A stretch of DNA of 64,000 bases from assembly GCA_018057705.1 (NCBI GenBank), contig JAGPDF010000004.1, forward strand, positions 12,140 through 76,139, read 5' to 3'. The translations under genes were made by a program, and so were the position numbers. Under the pieces are notes generated by a model that saw only the letters and a program-made list of their open reading frames with translations, was not told the origin of the DNA and searched no databases. The DNA is from Thermoanaerobaculia bacterium (GTDB taxonomy: Bacteria > Acidobacteriota > Thermoanaerobaculia > Multivoradales > JAGPDF01). Numbering within the stretch: position 1 is the stretch's first letter; every line of letters begins with the position of its first letter. Shown here one piece after another: positions 20,551-29,751 of this stretch.

Positions 20551-21974
20551 GGTCGGGTCACCGGCGGCTGGTAGAGGAAGAGATTCCGGCCCAGCACGCT
20601 CGTGAGCTCGTAGTGGCGAACGACCGCCGCGCGCACCGCCGGCGACCAGTTCGAGTAGACCGGATCGGACTCGCCGAGATCGCTGTCGGCGAGCACCACG
20701 GCGATCGCGCCGCGTTCGAGGTCGGCGACCAGTCGGCTTTCGTCGAACCGTCCGGCGGCCGTGAGACAGGCGAAGATCGACGGATCGTTGAGGTACGGCA
20801 CCGCCCCGGCACGCAGCGCGCTGGTGATCTCCATGGTCAGCACCGAGCGCCCCGAGAGCACCGGCCGCAGCGTCGACTCGGCGGTCGCGCGCTCGGCGCG
20901 ACCGCGAAACTCCAACGCGACTCGCGGCAGCGCGACGACGAGACTCGCCGCGGTCAGGGCGAGGGCGAGGCTGAGGCCACGCACGGTCCCGTGGACCCGC
21001 TTCCAGGCGAGCGCCAGGACAGGCGCCGCGGCGAGGCCGGGCTCGACGAAGTAGTTGACGTTCGCGCCCACCTTGCCCACCGTCGCGAGCGCCAGGACGA
21101 GCGCGACCAGGGAGTAGAGCGCGACCAGCCGTTCCTCGGGCTCCCCTTCGACGAGCCCGGCGATCGCCAGCCCGGCCGCCACCACGAGCAGCGGCTGGCC
21201 GAGCGCCATCTGGACCGCCTTGAACAGACCCCCGATCGAGAACGGGTTGGCGCCGTTGAAGCCGAAGACCGCGGTGACGAAGCCTCCGCCGGTCGTGAGC
21301 TGCATCGCCGCGAGCCCCGCCAATCCGAGGACGATGGCGGCGCCGGCGAGGATCCCGGCGTCGCGCACGCGCCGCCGCCAGAGGCAGGCGAGGAAGAGCG
21401 CCACCGGCGCGGCGAGAGCCGTCGGTTTGGTGAACAGGGCGAGGACGAACAGCAGGGCGGCAAGCGCCGGAGCGACACGACCGCCGCGCATCGCGACCGC
21501 GAGGCCGGCGAGAGCCAGGCCGGCGGCGAGCGTGTCGACGCGATTCTGCGGCGCAAAAATGAGCACTGGCAGGAAGGAGAGCGGAGCGAGCACGCCGACC
21601 AGGCTGGCACCGCTGCCCGGGCCGGCGATCCGGCGCCCGATCGAGAAGGCGGAGCCCAGAGCGAGCGCCAGCCCGGCGAGCGAGAGGAGGCGTCCCGGAA
21701 CGAGCGTGGGCGTCGCTCCGACCCGTCCCAGAAGCCCCCCGCCGAGCTCGTAGAAGACCGGTCCGTAGAGGTGAATGCGGTACGGCGGCTCGGCCCAGCC
21801 ACGGGGGTCGAACGGCGACCGGCCCTGCGCCGCGTCGAGCTGGGCGGAGAGCACGACCCCCTCGACGTAGTCGCCGGGCAGGTCGCGGCGCACCTGGTCG
21901 GCGGCGTGCAAAGTGAAGAGCACCGCGCCCGCGGCGAGTCCCGAAAGAACCGCGAGGTGCAGGAGGCGTTTCAT
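20547..21974 (-). CDS. Polytopic membrane protein, possible second GT-C-type glycosyltransferase
   Basis: 'MKRLLHLAVLSGLAAGAVLF...' then at least 9 predicted TM helices and a C-terminal soluble domain. No diagnostic motif recognised; the operon context suggests a glycosyltransferase or polymerase role. Confidence 0.5.
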   Translation of the reverse strand: MKRLLHLAVLSGLAAGAVLFTLHAADQVRRDLPGDYVEGVVLSAQLDAAQGRSPFDPRGWAEPPYRIHLYGPVFYELGGGLLGRVGATPTLVPGRLLSLAGLALALGSAFSIGRRIAGPGSGASLVGVLAPLSFLPVLIFAPQNRVDTLAAGLALAGLAVAMRGGRVAPALAALLFVLALFTKPTALAAPVALFLACLWRRRVRDAGILAGAAIVLGLAGLAAMQLTTGGGFVTAVFGFNGANPFSIGGLFKAVQMALGQPLLVVAAGLAIAGLVEGEPEERLVALYSLVALVLALATVGKVGANVNYFVEPGLAAAPVLALAWKRVHGTVRGLSLALALTAASLVVALPRVALEFRGRAERATAESTLRPVLSGRSVLTMEITSALRAGAVPYLNDPSIFACLTAAGRFDESRLVADLERGAIAVVLADSDLGESDPVYSNWSPAVRAAVVRHYELTSVLGRNLFLYQPPVTRP

Positions 21975-23203
21975 CCGCGCCGTCCCGGGACGCCGGAGAT
22001 CTCGTGGTACAGCACCTCGAGCCGGGCGCCGATCGCGCTCCACGCATAGTGCTCCGTGACCTCCGAGTGACCGGCTTCGGCGAGCTCCCGCCGCCGCGCC
22101 GGGTCACGCAGGAGCTTGCCCACCGCGAGCGCGAGCTCCGCCGGCGCTCCCGGCGTCACGAGGAGACCGGTGCGCTCGGAAGCCACGAGCTCGGCGAGAC
22201 CTCCCACCCTCGAGGCGACAACCGCGAGACCGCAGGCCCAGGCTTCGAGCACGACGATGCCGAACGGTTCGTGGCGCGACGGCAGCACGAAGAGGTCCGC
22301 TGCGCGGTAGAGATCGGCGAGCTCGGCGCTCTCCGGGGCGATCGGTCCGAGCAGGTGCAGCCGATCGGCGACGCCGAGCAGGTGAGCGCGGGCGACCACC
22401 GCGGCGTCGTACCCAGGGACGGTGACCGGGCCGGCGAGCGCGGCATGGACTCCGGGCAGCGCTGCCAGGACGTCGACGATGGCCAACTGGTCCTTCTGCG
22501 GATCGAGCCGCGCCACCGTGAGCAACAGCGGTGCGTCCCCGGCGAGACCGAGGCGCTGCCGGCCGCGTGCCCGGTCTCCGCCGGCGAGGCGCGTCGCGTC
22601 GACGCCGTTGGGCAGACGCTCGACACGGGTGCCCGGCAGCGCCGTCACGGCGCGGACGCGTTCCGCCTCCGACAGCACGAGGACGAGATTGGCATCGCGC
22701 AGGAAGCCCCGGCTACCGAGCATCGCCGCCGGGAGTTTCCCCCAGTCGAGCGTCCGCCGAGTGGGGGCGGTCATCTCGCGCACCTCCGCTTCCGGCACGT
22801 CGAAGGCGCCACCGTGGAGCTGCACGACATAGGGCACACCGAGCCGCCGCGCCGCGAAGCGCACGTGACCGGCGAGACGCTGCATCGTATGGCAGTGCAG
22901 AACGTCGGGCCGGGGCGCCGCGAGGAGCGCCCGCAGCAGTCCGGGAGAGAGCGGATTTCCCCCCTTCGCGTCGAGCGCTCTCCGCCCGGCCCGCGACAGC
23001 GGGAAACGGCCATAGGTGTAGCCGAAACGCCGCACCGGAACACCAAGCACCTCGTCGCGTCCGGGGCGGGAGAACGCTGAGGTCGCGAGAAGCTCGGCGT
23101 CGTGGCCGCTGGCGCGCTGGGCTCGCGCGAGCGCCGCGACGACCGCTTCGGTGCCGCCCCACGCCGTGGCGGTGAAACGGCGGGCGATGTGGAGGATTCT
23201 CAT
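21971..23203 (-). CDS. GT4 (group 1) glycosyltransferase
   Basis: 'MRILHIARRF...' N-domain; C-domain 'LLTVARLDPQKDQ...LFVLPSRHEPFGIVVLEAWACGLAVVASRVGG' (EX7E-type motif). Confidence 0.85.
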   Translation of the reverse strand: MRILHIARRFTATAWGGTEAVVAALARAQRASGHDAELLATSAFSRPGRDEVLGVPVRRFGYTYGRFPLSRAGRRALDAKGGNPLSPGLLRALLAAPRPDVLHCHTMQRLAGHVRFAARRLGVPYVVQLHGGAFDVPEAEVREMTAPTRRTLDWGKLPAAMLGSRGFLRDANLVLVLSEAERVRAVTALPGTRVERLPNGVDATRLAGGDRARGRQRLGLAGDAPLLLTVARLDPQKDQLAIVDVLAALPGVHAALAGPVTVPGYDAAVVARAHLLGVADRLHLLGPIAPESAELADLYRAADLFVLPSRHEPFGIVVLEAWACGLAVVASRVGGLAELVASERTGLLVTPGAPAELALAVGKLLRDPARRRELAEAGHSEVTEHYAWSAIGARLEVLYHEISGVPGRRG

Positions 23204-24675
23204 CGCTCCACACCCAGCAGGAGGAGCGCCCACCGTCGTCCCGGGAAGTTCGTCGTGCGCAGGCGGTAGCGTTCCTCGGTGCCCAGCACGCCGGAGATCC
23301 GCACGCCCAGGAGCATGAGCGGCAGCGCCGCGCCCAGGCCGATCACGAGGCCCCATCCGCCATTGAGCCATGGGCGGGCTAGGGCTGGCAGCAGGCCGAG
23401 GCCGAGCCCGGCGGCGAGGCGCAGGATCCAGCGCCAGGGAAACTCGAGCGGGCCTGTCTGGCGCAAGGCGTAGCGCAGGGTGAGCGGGGTCACCAGGAGG
23501 AAGGACAGGACCACCGCTGCGACCGCGCCGGCGACCTTGAAACGCGGAATGAGGAGGAAGTCGAGGGCCAGAGTGACGCCGATCTGCGCCACGCCGAAGC
23601 GCAGCGTCCGGTGCGAACGTTCCAGGACGTTCAGCGCCGCGCCGACCGGAAGAGAGACGAAAGGCAGCAGGTGCACGATCGCGAAAACCTGCGCGAGATC
23701 TCCCGCCGGCGCCATCTCCGCGCCGTAGAGCAACACGACAGCGCGGTCGGCCCAGGCTGCGCCGAGGAAGGCTACCGGCAGGGTGACCACCGCGAGCAGC
23801 TTGTAGTACCAGCCGACGAGCGAGGCCAGCCGGCTGGGGTCGCGGTGCACCGTCGAGGTCATCGCGGCGAGCACGACCGCGTAGAGCGAGAGCGGCACGA
23901 GCTCGAGTCCGAGCTGCGGCAACGAGTAGGCGAGGTCGTAGAAGCCCACCACCGCGGGCGAGGTCACAGCGGCGAGGAAGTAGATCTCCGACTGCCGCTG
24001 CACGACCAGATTGACCAGACTCGAACCGAGCTGCGAGCCGGCATAGGCGGCGAGGCGCCGCGGCGCGATCGCGGCGTCGCTGCGCTGCGGAATCGCCGCG
24101 AGCTCGCGCCGCAGCGACGGCAGGAGAATCGCGACCGCCGCGAGCAGCGCCACCGCTTGCGCCGCGAGGACCGCCCCGGCGCCGCCGCCGGCACGCAGCC
24201 AGAGGGCGGTGATGCCGAGCCAACCCAGCCCGGTGACCGTCGTCGCCATGGCCAGAATGCGCGCGCGCGCGAGCGCGAAGTGAATCTGATAAAGGGTCTC
24301 CTTGAAGGCGAACGCGGCGGCGAAGAGACAGACCATCGGCAGGAGCGGCAGCAACGCTGGCGTGAAGAGACGCTCGAAAAGCGGGGCGAGGAGCAGGAGC
24401 AGCGCGCTTGCCGCCGCCCAGAGCGCGCACTGCAGCAGCAGAACCGTGCGCACCAGGCGTCGCGCGCCGCCGCGCGCCCCCTGCGCTTCGAGCTCCGGCA
24501 CGAAGCGCAGCAGCGCGCGGTCGAGGCCGGCCGAAACCAGCAACACGCCGAGGGCGCCGAGATTGCGCGCCAGCGACCAGACGCCGAAAGTGTCCTTGCC
24601 CAGCAGGCGCGCCGCGAGCACCGAGACGCCGAGGGTACCCGCGAGTGTCGCGACCTTGGCGAGGATCGACCACAT
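23200..24675 (-). CDS. Polysaccharide biosynthesis flippase (Wzx-like, MOP superfamily)
   Basis: Starts 'MWSILAKVATLAGTLGVSVLAARLLGKDTFGVWSLARNLGAL' (typical Polysacc_synt N-terminus); about 12-14 TM helices. Confidence 0.8.
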   Translation of the reverse strand: MWSILAKVATLAGTLGVSVLAARLLGKDTFGVWSLARNLGALGVLLVSAGLDRALLRFVPELEAQGARGGARRLVRTVLLLQCALWAAASALLLLLAPLFERLFTPALLPLLPMVCLFAAAFAFKETLYQIHFALARARILAMATTVTGLGWLGITALWLRAGGGAGAVLAAQAVALLAAVAILLPSLRRELAAIPQRSDAAIAPRRLAAYAGSQLGSSLVNLVVQRQSEIYFLAAVTSPAVVGFYDLAYSLPQLGLELVPLSLYAVVLAAMTSTVHRDPSRLASLVGWYYKLLAVVTLPVAFLGAAWADRAVVLLYGAEMAPAGDLAQVFAIVHLLPFVSLPVGAALNVLERSHRTLRFGVAQIGVTLALDFLLIPRFKVAGAVAAVVLSFLLVTPLTLRYALRQTGPLEFPWRWILRLAAGLGLGLLPALARPWLNGGWGLVIGLGAALPLMLLGVRISGVLGTEERYRLRTTNFPGRRWALLLLGVER

Positions 24676-24743
24676 CGCCTGGCCCGCGACGCGCTGCGAG
24701 GCCGACGGAACGGCACCCGGTGCGGCGAACGCGGTCCTGCCGT

Positions 24744-25896
24744 CTAAGGCGCCGTCGCCCACGCCGCCATCTCGCGCATCAGACCGTGAAAGTCGAGAAT
24801 CGAGCGCGTCTCGGTCGCGGGCTCGAACGACGCGAGGAGTGTGGCGTCGGCGTCGGGATGCTCCGGCCGATAGCCGTGCATGCCGGCGGGGGCCACCCGC
24901 CCCATGTGCGACGGATTGAGCAGGACGCCGGGTTCGAGGGCGTAGATCCCCTGCCCGAACTTGCCGTCCGGCCAGAAGGTGCCGTAGGCCTCGAGCTCCT
25001 CCCGCCGCACCCAGCGCGCCTGCGGACCGTCCGGGAGCGCGGCGCGGATCGCGGCTTCGGCACCGGCGGAGAAGAACCAGAAGCGCATCATGGTCGAGTC
25101 GTGAACGGCGGCATAGTCCACGCCGAAAGCGAGCCCGAGAGCTTCGATCCGCGGCATCCAGTCGACCACCGTGTGGATGGTCGTCATACCGTGATCGGAG
25201 ATCAGGGCGAAGCGCACTTCGTCGTACTTCGCCCGCGCGGCGGCGAGGAGTTTCGCGACCTCGGCCTGATACCAGCGGAGCTTCTCGTCGACACGAGGAG
25301 AGTCCTTGGTCGTCTCGTGCATAAGGCCATCGAGATCGGCGCTGTAGAGAAAGGCGAAGCGCGGCCGGCCGGTGGCAACCGCGGCCGTGAGCGCGGCCAG
25401 GTTCTCGCTCTCCGAGCGTCGCCAGTTCGAGACGTGGTGCGGCACGCCGCGGCTCGCGAGCTCGTCGAAGATCGAACCGCCGCGGTTGATGCCGCCCGGC
25501 CGGAAGATGTCCTTCTTCTCGGCGTAGTCGTAGAGCGGCAGCGCCTCGAACGGCAGGTTGTAGATCTGGAAGTAGCCGTCGAAGCCGTAAGCGGCGGCGA
25601 TGCCCTTCGACAGGTAGCGCCGCACCCGGCCGCGATCGAACAGCGAGCGCGGCAGGAAGCGCAGCAGTCGCAGTATCTTGAACGGACTCGTCGCTGGCGA
25701 GTAGAAGAAGCTCGACCAATGGTCGTTCTGGTCGGGAGGCCGGCCGGTGAGGATCGCCGGCACGCAGGCCGAGGAGAAGCCGAAGATCGACGGCACGCGG
25801 CGCCGGCAGGTCAGGGAGTCGAGGAACCAAGGTCGAGAACGCAAGACTTCCCAGCCGCAGGCATCCACGAACATCACGATGGCCATCCGGCTCGGC
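24744..25896 (-). CDS. Alkaline-phosphatase-superfamily enzyme (type I phosphodiesterase / nucleotide pyrophosphatase-like)
   Basis: Metal-site N-terminus 'MAIVMFVDACGWEVL'; 'LISDHGMT' (DHGM motif of the AlkP superfamily). Confidence 0.65.
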
Positions 25897-26009
25897 ACGG
25901 CTCTCCCCTCCCCGACCTTCGCGGCAGTATTGCGCTTTCGCTCCCTTCGCGATAGGGCCAGACGGGTGGGTACCGCATGGGGGGGGTGGCCTATACTGCC
26001 GGCTGCCCG
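25897..26009. promoter_or_regulatory. Divergent intergenic region separating the minus-strand polysaccharide locus from the plus-strand GT operon
   Basis: 113-nt non-coding gap between the divergent starts at 25896 (-) and 26010 (+). Confidence 0.3.
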
Positions 26010-27239
26010 ATGAGAGTCCTCTTCGTCAACGAGAAGGGCTGGTACTTCGGCGGCGTCGAGCAACTCGTCGACGACACCGCTGCGGGGCTCGCCGCACGCG
26101 GGCACGAGCCTCACCTCCTGTCGAGCGAGCCTATGGCGATCGGCCGATCGGGACTCGCCGCCGCTTTCACCTCGCGTCACCTCCTCGAGCTGGGCGGCGC
26201 CTCAAGCACGTGGATGCGGCAGCTCGCCCGCGCCCTCGAAGTCGCCGACCCCGAGGTCGTCTACCTGCATCGCTGGAGTCACGCCGCGAGCTTCGACCGC
26301 CTGCTCGCCGGGCGACGCGTGCTGCGCTACGTTCACGATCACGATCTCTATTGCCCGCGGCGACACAAGTACTTTCCGCTGAGCACACGGATCTGCAATC
26401 ACCCCCTGGGCTGGCAATGTGCCGTTCACGGTTGCCTCGTCTCGCCCGAAGGGCCGGTGCCGGGCCTCCCCGGGTGGATCGAGCTCGGCGCCAAGGCCGC
26501 CGAGCTCGCGCGCCAGCGCACCTTGCCGGCGCTCGCGGCCGGTTCGCGGTGGATGGTCGACATGCTGGTGCGCAATGGCTTCGACGCCGCGCGCGTCGCT
26601 CACCTTCCTCCGGTGCCTGCCGGGCTCGAACGCGAGCCGCTGCCGCCGTCGGACGAACCGATCGTGCTCTACGTCGGCCAGGTCATCCGCGGCAAGGGCG
26701 TCGACCTCCTGCTGCGCGCGCTCGCTGAAGTGCGGTCGGATTTCCGCGCCCTGATCGTCGGCACAGGCAATCACCTCCAGGAGTGCATCGCCCTGACGCG
26801 CGAGCTCGGCCTCGGCGGGAGGGTGCACTTCGTCGGCTGGGTGCCTCACGAGGTTCTTCCCGCCTACTATGCCCGCGCGCGCGTCGTGGCGGTGCCGTCA
26901 CGCTGGCCCGAGCCGTTCGGCATGGTGGGGCTCGAGGCGATGTGGTCCTGCCGCGCCGTGGTCGGCTTCGCCGTCGGCGGCATTCCCGACTGGCTGGCCG
27001 ACGGCGAGACCGGAATCGCTGCGCCGGAGGCCGACTGGCGGGCCCTCGGGCACGCTCTCGAGGAGTTGCTCGCCGACCCCGGCCTCGCCGAGCGCATGGG
27101 CCGTGCCGGATACGCCCGCGCGCGCGACGACTTCCGTTTCGACGACTACCTCGAGCGCACGGCGGAGCTCCTCGCGGGTGCCGGTGCGATGCCTGCCGAC
27201 CCGGTAGGCGCCGCTGGAGGCCCCCGTGCCGCGAGCTGA
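26010..27239 (+). CDS. GT4 glycosyltransferase
   Basis: 'MRVLFVNEKGWYFGGVEQLV...' N-domain; 'RVVAVPSRWPEPFGMVGLEAMWSCRAVVGFAVGGIPDWL' C-domain motif. Confidence 0.8.
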   Translation: MRVLFVNEKGWYFGGVEQLVDDTAAGLAARGHEPHLLSSEPMAIGRSGLAAAFTSRHLLELGGASSTWMRQLARALEVADPEVVYLHRWSHAASFDRLLAGRRVLRYVHDHDLYCPRRHKYFPLSTRICNHPLGWQCAVHGCLVSPEGPVPGLPGWIELGAKAAELARQRTLPALAAGSRWMVDMLVRNGFDAARVAHLPPVPAGLEREPLPPSDEPIVLYVGQVIRGKGVDLLLRALAEVRSDFRALIVGTGNHLQECIALTRELGLGGRVHFVGWVPHEVLPAYYARARVVAVPSRWPEPFGMVGLEAMWSCRAVVGFAVGGIPDWLADGETGIAAPEADWRALGHALEELLADPGLAERMGRAGYARARDDFRFDDYLERTAELLAGAGAMPADPVGAAGGPRAAS

Positions 27240-28425
27240 CTGCGCCGTCGCGGTCTCGCTGTTCGCGAACGATCGCGGCAACTCCGGCATCGGGCGCTAT
27301 CTCAAGTCGGTCGTGCCGCGCCTCGTGGACGCCATGCCCGAGGCGACCTTTCACCTCTTCGCCGCGCGCGCCGACCAGTCCGTCTTCGCGGGATGCTTCG
27401 AGCGCTTCGACGCGCGGGTGCGCTGGCATCTGACCAGCGATTTCTGGAACCGGCCGCCGCCTTCGCTCGTCTGGCACGCCGCCTGGTGGGACCACGCCGC
27501 ACGGCGGGCGGGCGCCGACGCGCTCTACTTGCCAGCTGGGAACCGGAGACTCGCGCCCTTCGCCCGCCTGCCATCGGTCGCGGTCGTGCACGACCTGTCG
27601 TGGCTGCACATGAAGGGCAAGTACGATCCCCTGCGCGAGCTCTACCTGCGCCGCCTGCTACCGTGGATGATTCGCCGCTCCACCCGCATCATCGCCATCT
27701 CACGCTCGACCGAGAGCGACCTCGTCCAACTCGCCGGCTGTCCGCCGGGCAGGATCACCCGCATCGCCAACGGCTTCGACGCCACGCAGTTCCATCCCCG
27801 CGATGCCGCAGCGAGCCGCGCGCAGCTGCAGCAAGCCGGCGTCGAGCTGCCGGAGCGCTTCCTCCTCTATGTCTCGCGCCTCGAGCACCCGGGCAAGAAC
27901 CATGTGACGCTTCTCGCCGCCTACCGCCGCCTGCTCGACCAGCGCCCCGACCTCGCCGAACGGCTGGTCTTCGCAGGGGGCCGGTGGAACGGCGCCGAGG
28001 CCGTGGACGCCGCAATCGCCGACCTCGGTCTCGAAGACCGCGTGCGGCGTCTGGGTTTCGTCGCCGACGCCCATCTGCCCCTCCTCTACGCTACGGCGAC
28101 GGCGCTCGTTTTTCCCTCCCTGTTCGAGGGCTTCGGGCTGCCGGTGATCGAAGCCCAGGCCTGCGGGCTTCCCGTGGCCGGCGCCGACGCCTCCTCGATT
28201 CCGGAAGTGATGGGAGGGGCCGGCCTGCTCTTCGATCCTCTCGACCCACAAGCGATCGCGACCGCGATCACCACCCTGATCGATCAGCCGGCCCTGCGGG
28301 CGGAGCTCGCGCGACGCGGGCTGGAGAACGCGCGCAGCTATACCTGGGAGGCCACCGCCACGGCGACCGCCCGCCTTCTGCGCCAGGTCATCGATGAGCG
28401 ACGGGCCGAATCGCACCGCGCTTGA
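27226..28425 (+). CDS. GT4 glycosyltransferase
   Basis: GTG start overlapping the previous gene; 'LVFPSLFEGFGLPVIEAQACGLPVAGADASSIPEV'. Confidence 0.8.
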   Translation: MPRADCAVAVSLFANDRGNSGIGRYLKSVVPRLVDAMPEATFHLFAARADQSVFAGCFERFDARVRWHLTSDFWNRPPPSLVWHAAWWDHAARRAGADALYLPAGNRRLAPFARLPSVAVVHDLSWLHMKGKYDPLRELYLRRLLPWMIRRSTRIIAISRSTESDLVQLAGCPPGRITRIANGFDATQFHPRDAAASRAQLQQAGVELPERFLLYVSRLEHPGKNHVTLLAAYRRLLDQRPDLAERLVFAGGRWNGAEAVDAAIADLGLEDRVRRLGFVADAHLPLLYATATALVFPSLFEGFGLPVIEAQACGLPVAGADASSIPEVMGGAGLLFDPLDPQAIATAITTLIDQPALRAELARRGLENARSYTWEATATATARLLRQVIDERRAESHRA

Positions 28426-29716
28426 CCGGCTGGGCCGGGCGCCGCGCCTGCGGCGCGCGCGGCTGCAGATCTCGCTCACCGCGGTCGCCTTTGCCACCGC
28501 GGCAGTGCGTCGGACCATCGACCTTGCGGTCGCTTCGACGCTCTCCCTGCTCACCGCGCCGCTCGCCCTCGCCTTCGCCCTCGGCGCGCGGCTTCGCCGA
28601 CGGCCGGCGCTCGCGCGCGAAACCTATCTCGGACGCTGGCAACAGCCGATCGATCTTGCCTGCCTCGTGTCCGGGGGTCCGCTCGCTCGCCTCCCCTGGC
28701 TGTGGGCGGTGGTACGCGGCGATCTTGCCCTGGTGGGACCGGCACCACTGCTCGAATCGCAGCGCGACGAGCTCGGCCCGGCCGACCTCCAGCGCTTCGC
28801 CGTGCGCCCCGGTCTCGCCAATCTCTTCGCGGTGCGGCGCTCGGCCAACATTGCCTTCGAGGGTCGCACCCGCGCCGACCTCGAGCAGGTCCATGCCGTC
28901 GGCCCAGCGGGCGAGATCGGCCTCCTCCTGCGCTCGGTGCCGGCCGCTCTCATCGGCGGCGGTCCGCTCGCCGCGCCGCGCGAGCTCACGGTGCTCGGGG
29001 TCCGGATCGACAATTGGACGATGCCCGAGGCCGTGGATTGGTTGCTCGCGCCTCGCGAAGGCGGAACGCGCCAGCTCGCCTTCGTCAATCCGGACTGCCT
29101 CAACAAGGCCTTCGAGCACGAGAGCTACCGCCGCGTGCTCGCGAGCTGCGACGTCGTGCTTCCGGACGGCATCGGCCTGCACTACGCCCTGCGGATGCGC
29201 GGCCTGGCCCTCGCCGCCAACGTCAACGGCACCGACCTGTTTCCCCGCCTCTGCGACGCCGCCTCCGGAGCCCGCGCTTCCATCTACTTCCTCGGCGCGC
29301 GACCGGGAGTGGTCGATGATCTGGCCGCGAAGGTCCGCGAGCGCTGGCCGGCCTTGCGCATCGCCGGCACGCGCCACGGGTTCTTCGCCCGCGACAGCGC
29401 GGAAGAGCGCGAAGTCATCGGCGCCATTCGCGCCGCGGCGCCCGATCTCCTCCTCGTCGCCTTCGGCGCACCGGCGCAGGAGGAGTGGCTCGCAGCTCAC
29501 CGGGCCGAGCTCGGTGTGGGAGCCATGCTCGGCGTCGGCGGACTGTTCGATTTCTATTCCGGACGCATCCGGCGAGCCCCCGCCTGGCTGCGCGAGCTCG
29601 GACTCGAGTGGACCTGGCGCCTCTTGCAGGAGCCGGGCCGGATGTGGCGGCGCTACGTGATCGGCAACCCTCTCTTCCTCTGGCGCGCCTTCCGGGAGAG
29701 CAGAGGAGTATCCTGA
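28394..29716 (+). CDS. Fusion protein: N-terminal degenerate sugar-transferase (PF02397) remnant plus C-terminal WecG/TagA/CpsF (GT26) glycosyltransferase
   Basis: N-terminus keeps the PF02397 ends ('RRTIDLAVASTLSLLTAPLALAFAL' ... 'LARLPWLWAVVRGDLALVGPAP') but the catalytic middle is missing. C-terminus 'LTVLGVRIDNWTMPEAVDWLL...FVNPDCLNKA...VLPDGIGL...IYFLGARPGV...LLLVAFGAPAQEEWL' is GT26. Confidence 0.75.
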   Translation: MSDGPNRTALDRLGRAPRLRRARLQISLTAVAFATAAVRRTIDLAVASTLSLLTAPLALAFALGARLRRRPALARETYLGRWQQPIDLACLVSGGPLARLPWLWAVVRGDLALVGPAPLLESQRDELGPADLQRFAVRPGLANLFAVRRSANIAFEGRTRADLEQVHAVGPAGEIGLLLRSVPAALIGGGPLAAPRELTVLGVRIDNWTMPEAVDWLLAPREGGTRQLAFVNPDCLNKAFEHESYRRVLASCDVVLPDGIGLHYALRMRGLALAANVNGTDLFPRLCDAASGARASIYFLGARPGVVDDLAAKVRERWPALRIAGTRHGFFARDSAEEREVIGAIRAAAPDLLLVAFGAPAQEEWLAAHRAELGVGAMLGVGGLFDFYSGRIRRAPAWLRELGLEWTWRLLQEPGRMWRRYVIGNPLFLWRAFRESRGVS

Positions 29717-29751
29717 ACCGCGGCTGTCCTTCACCGCCGCAGGGAGAGACC

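Noticed and set aside
20547-21974. Exosortase (XrtA/EpsH) candidate among the polytopic membrane proteins of the EPS locus
   Set aside because: Exosortases are about 280-500 aa with 8 TM helices and conserved Cys/Arg/Asn catalytic residues in a short periplasmic loop. This protein is larger, has a big C-terminal soluble domain, and none of those motifs could be recognised.
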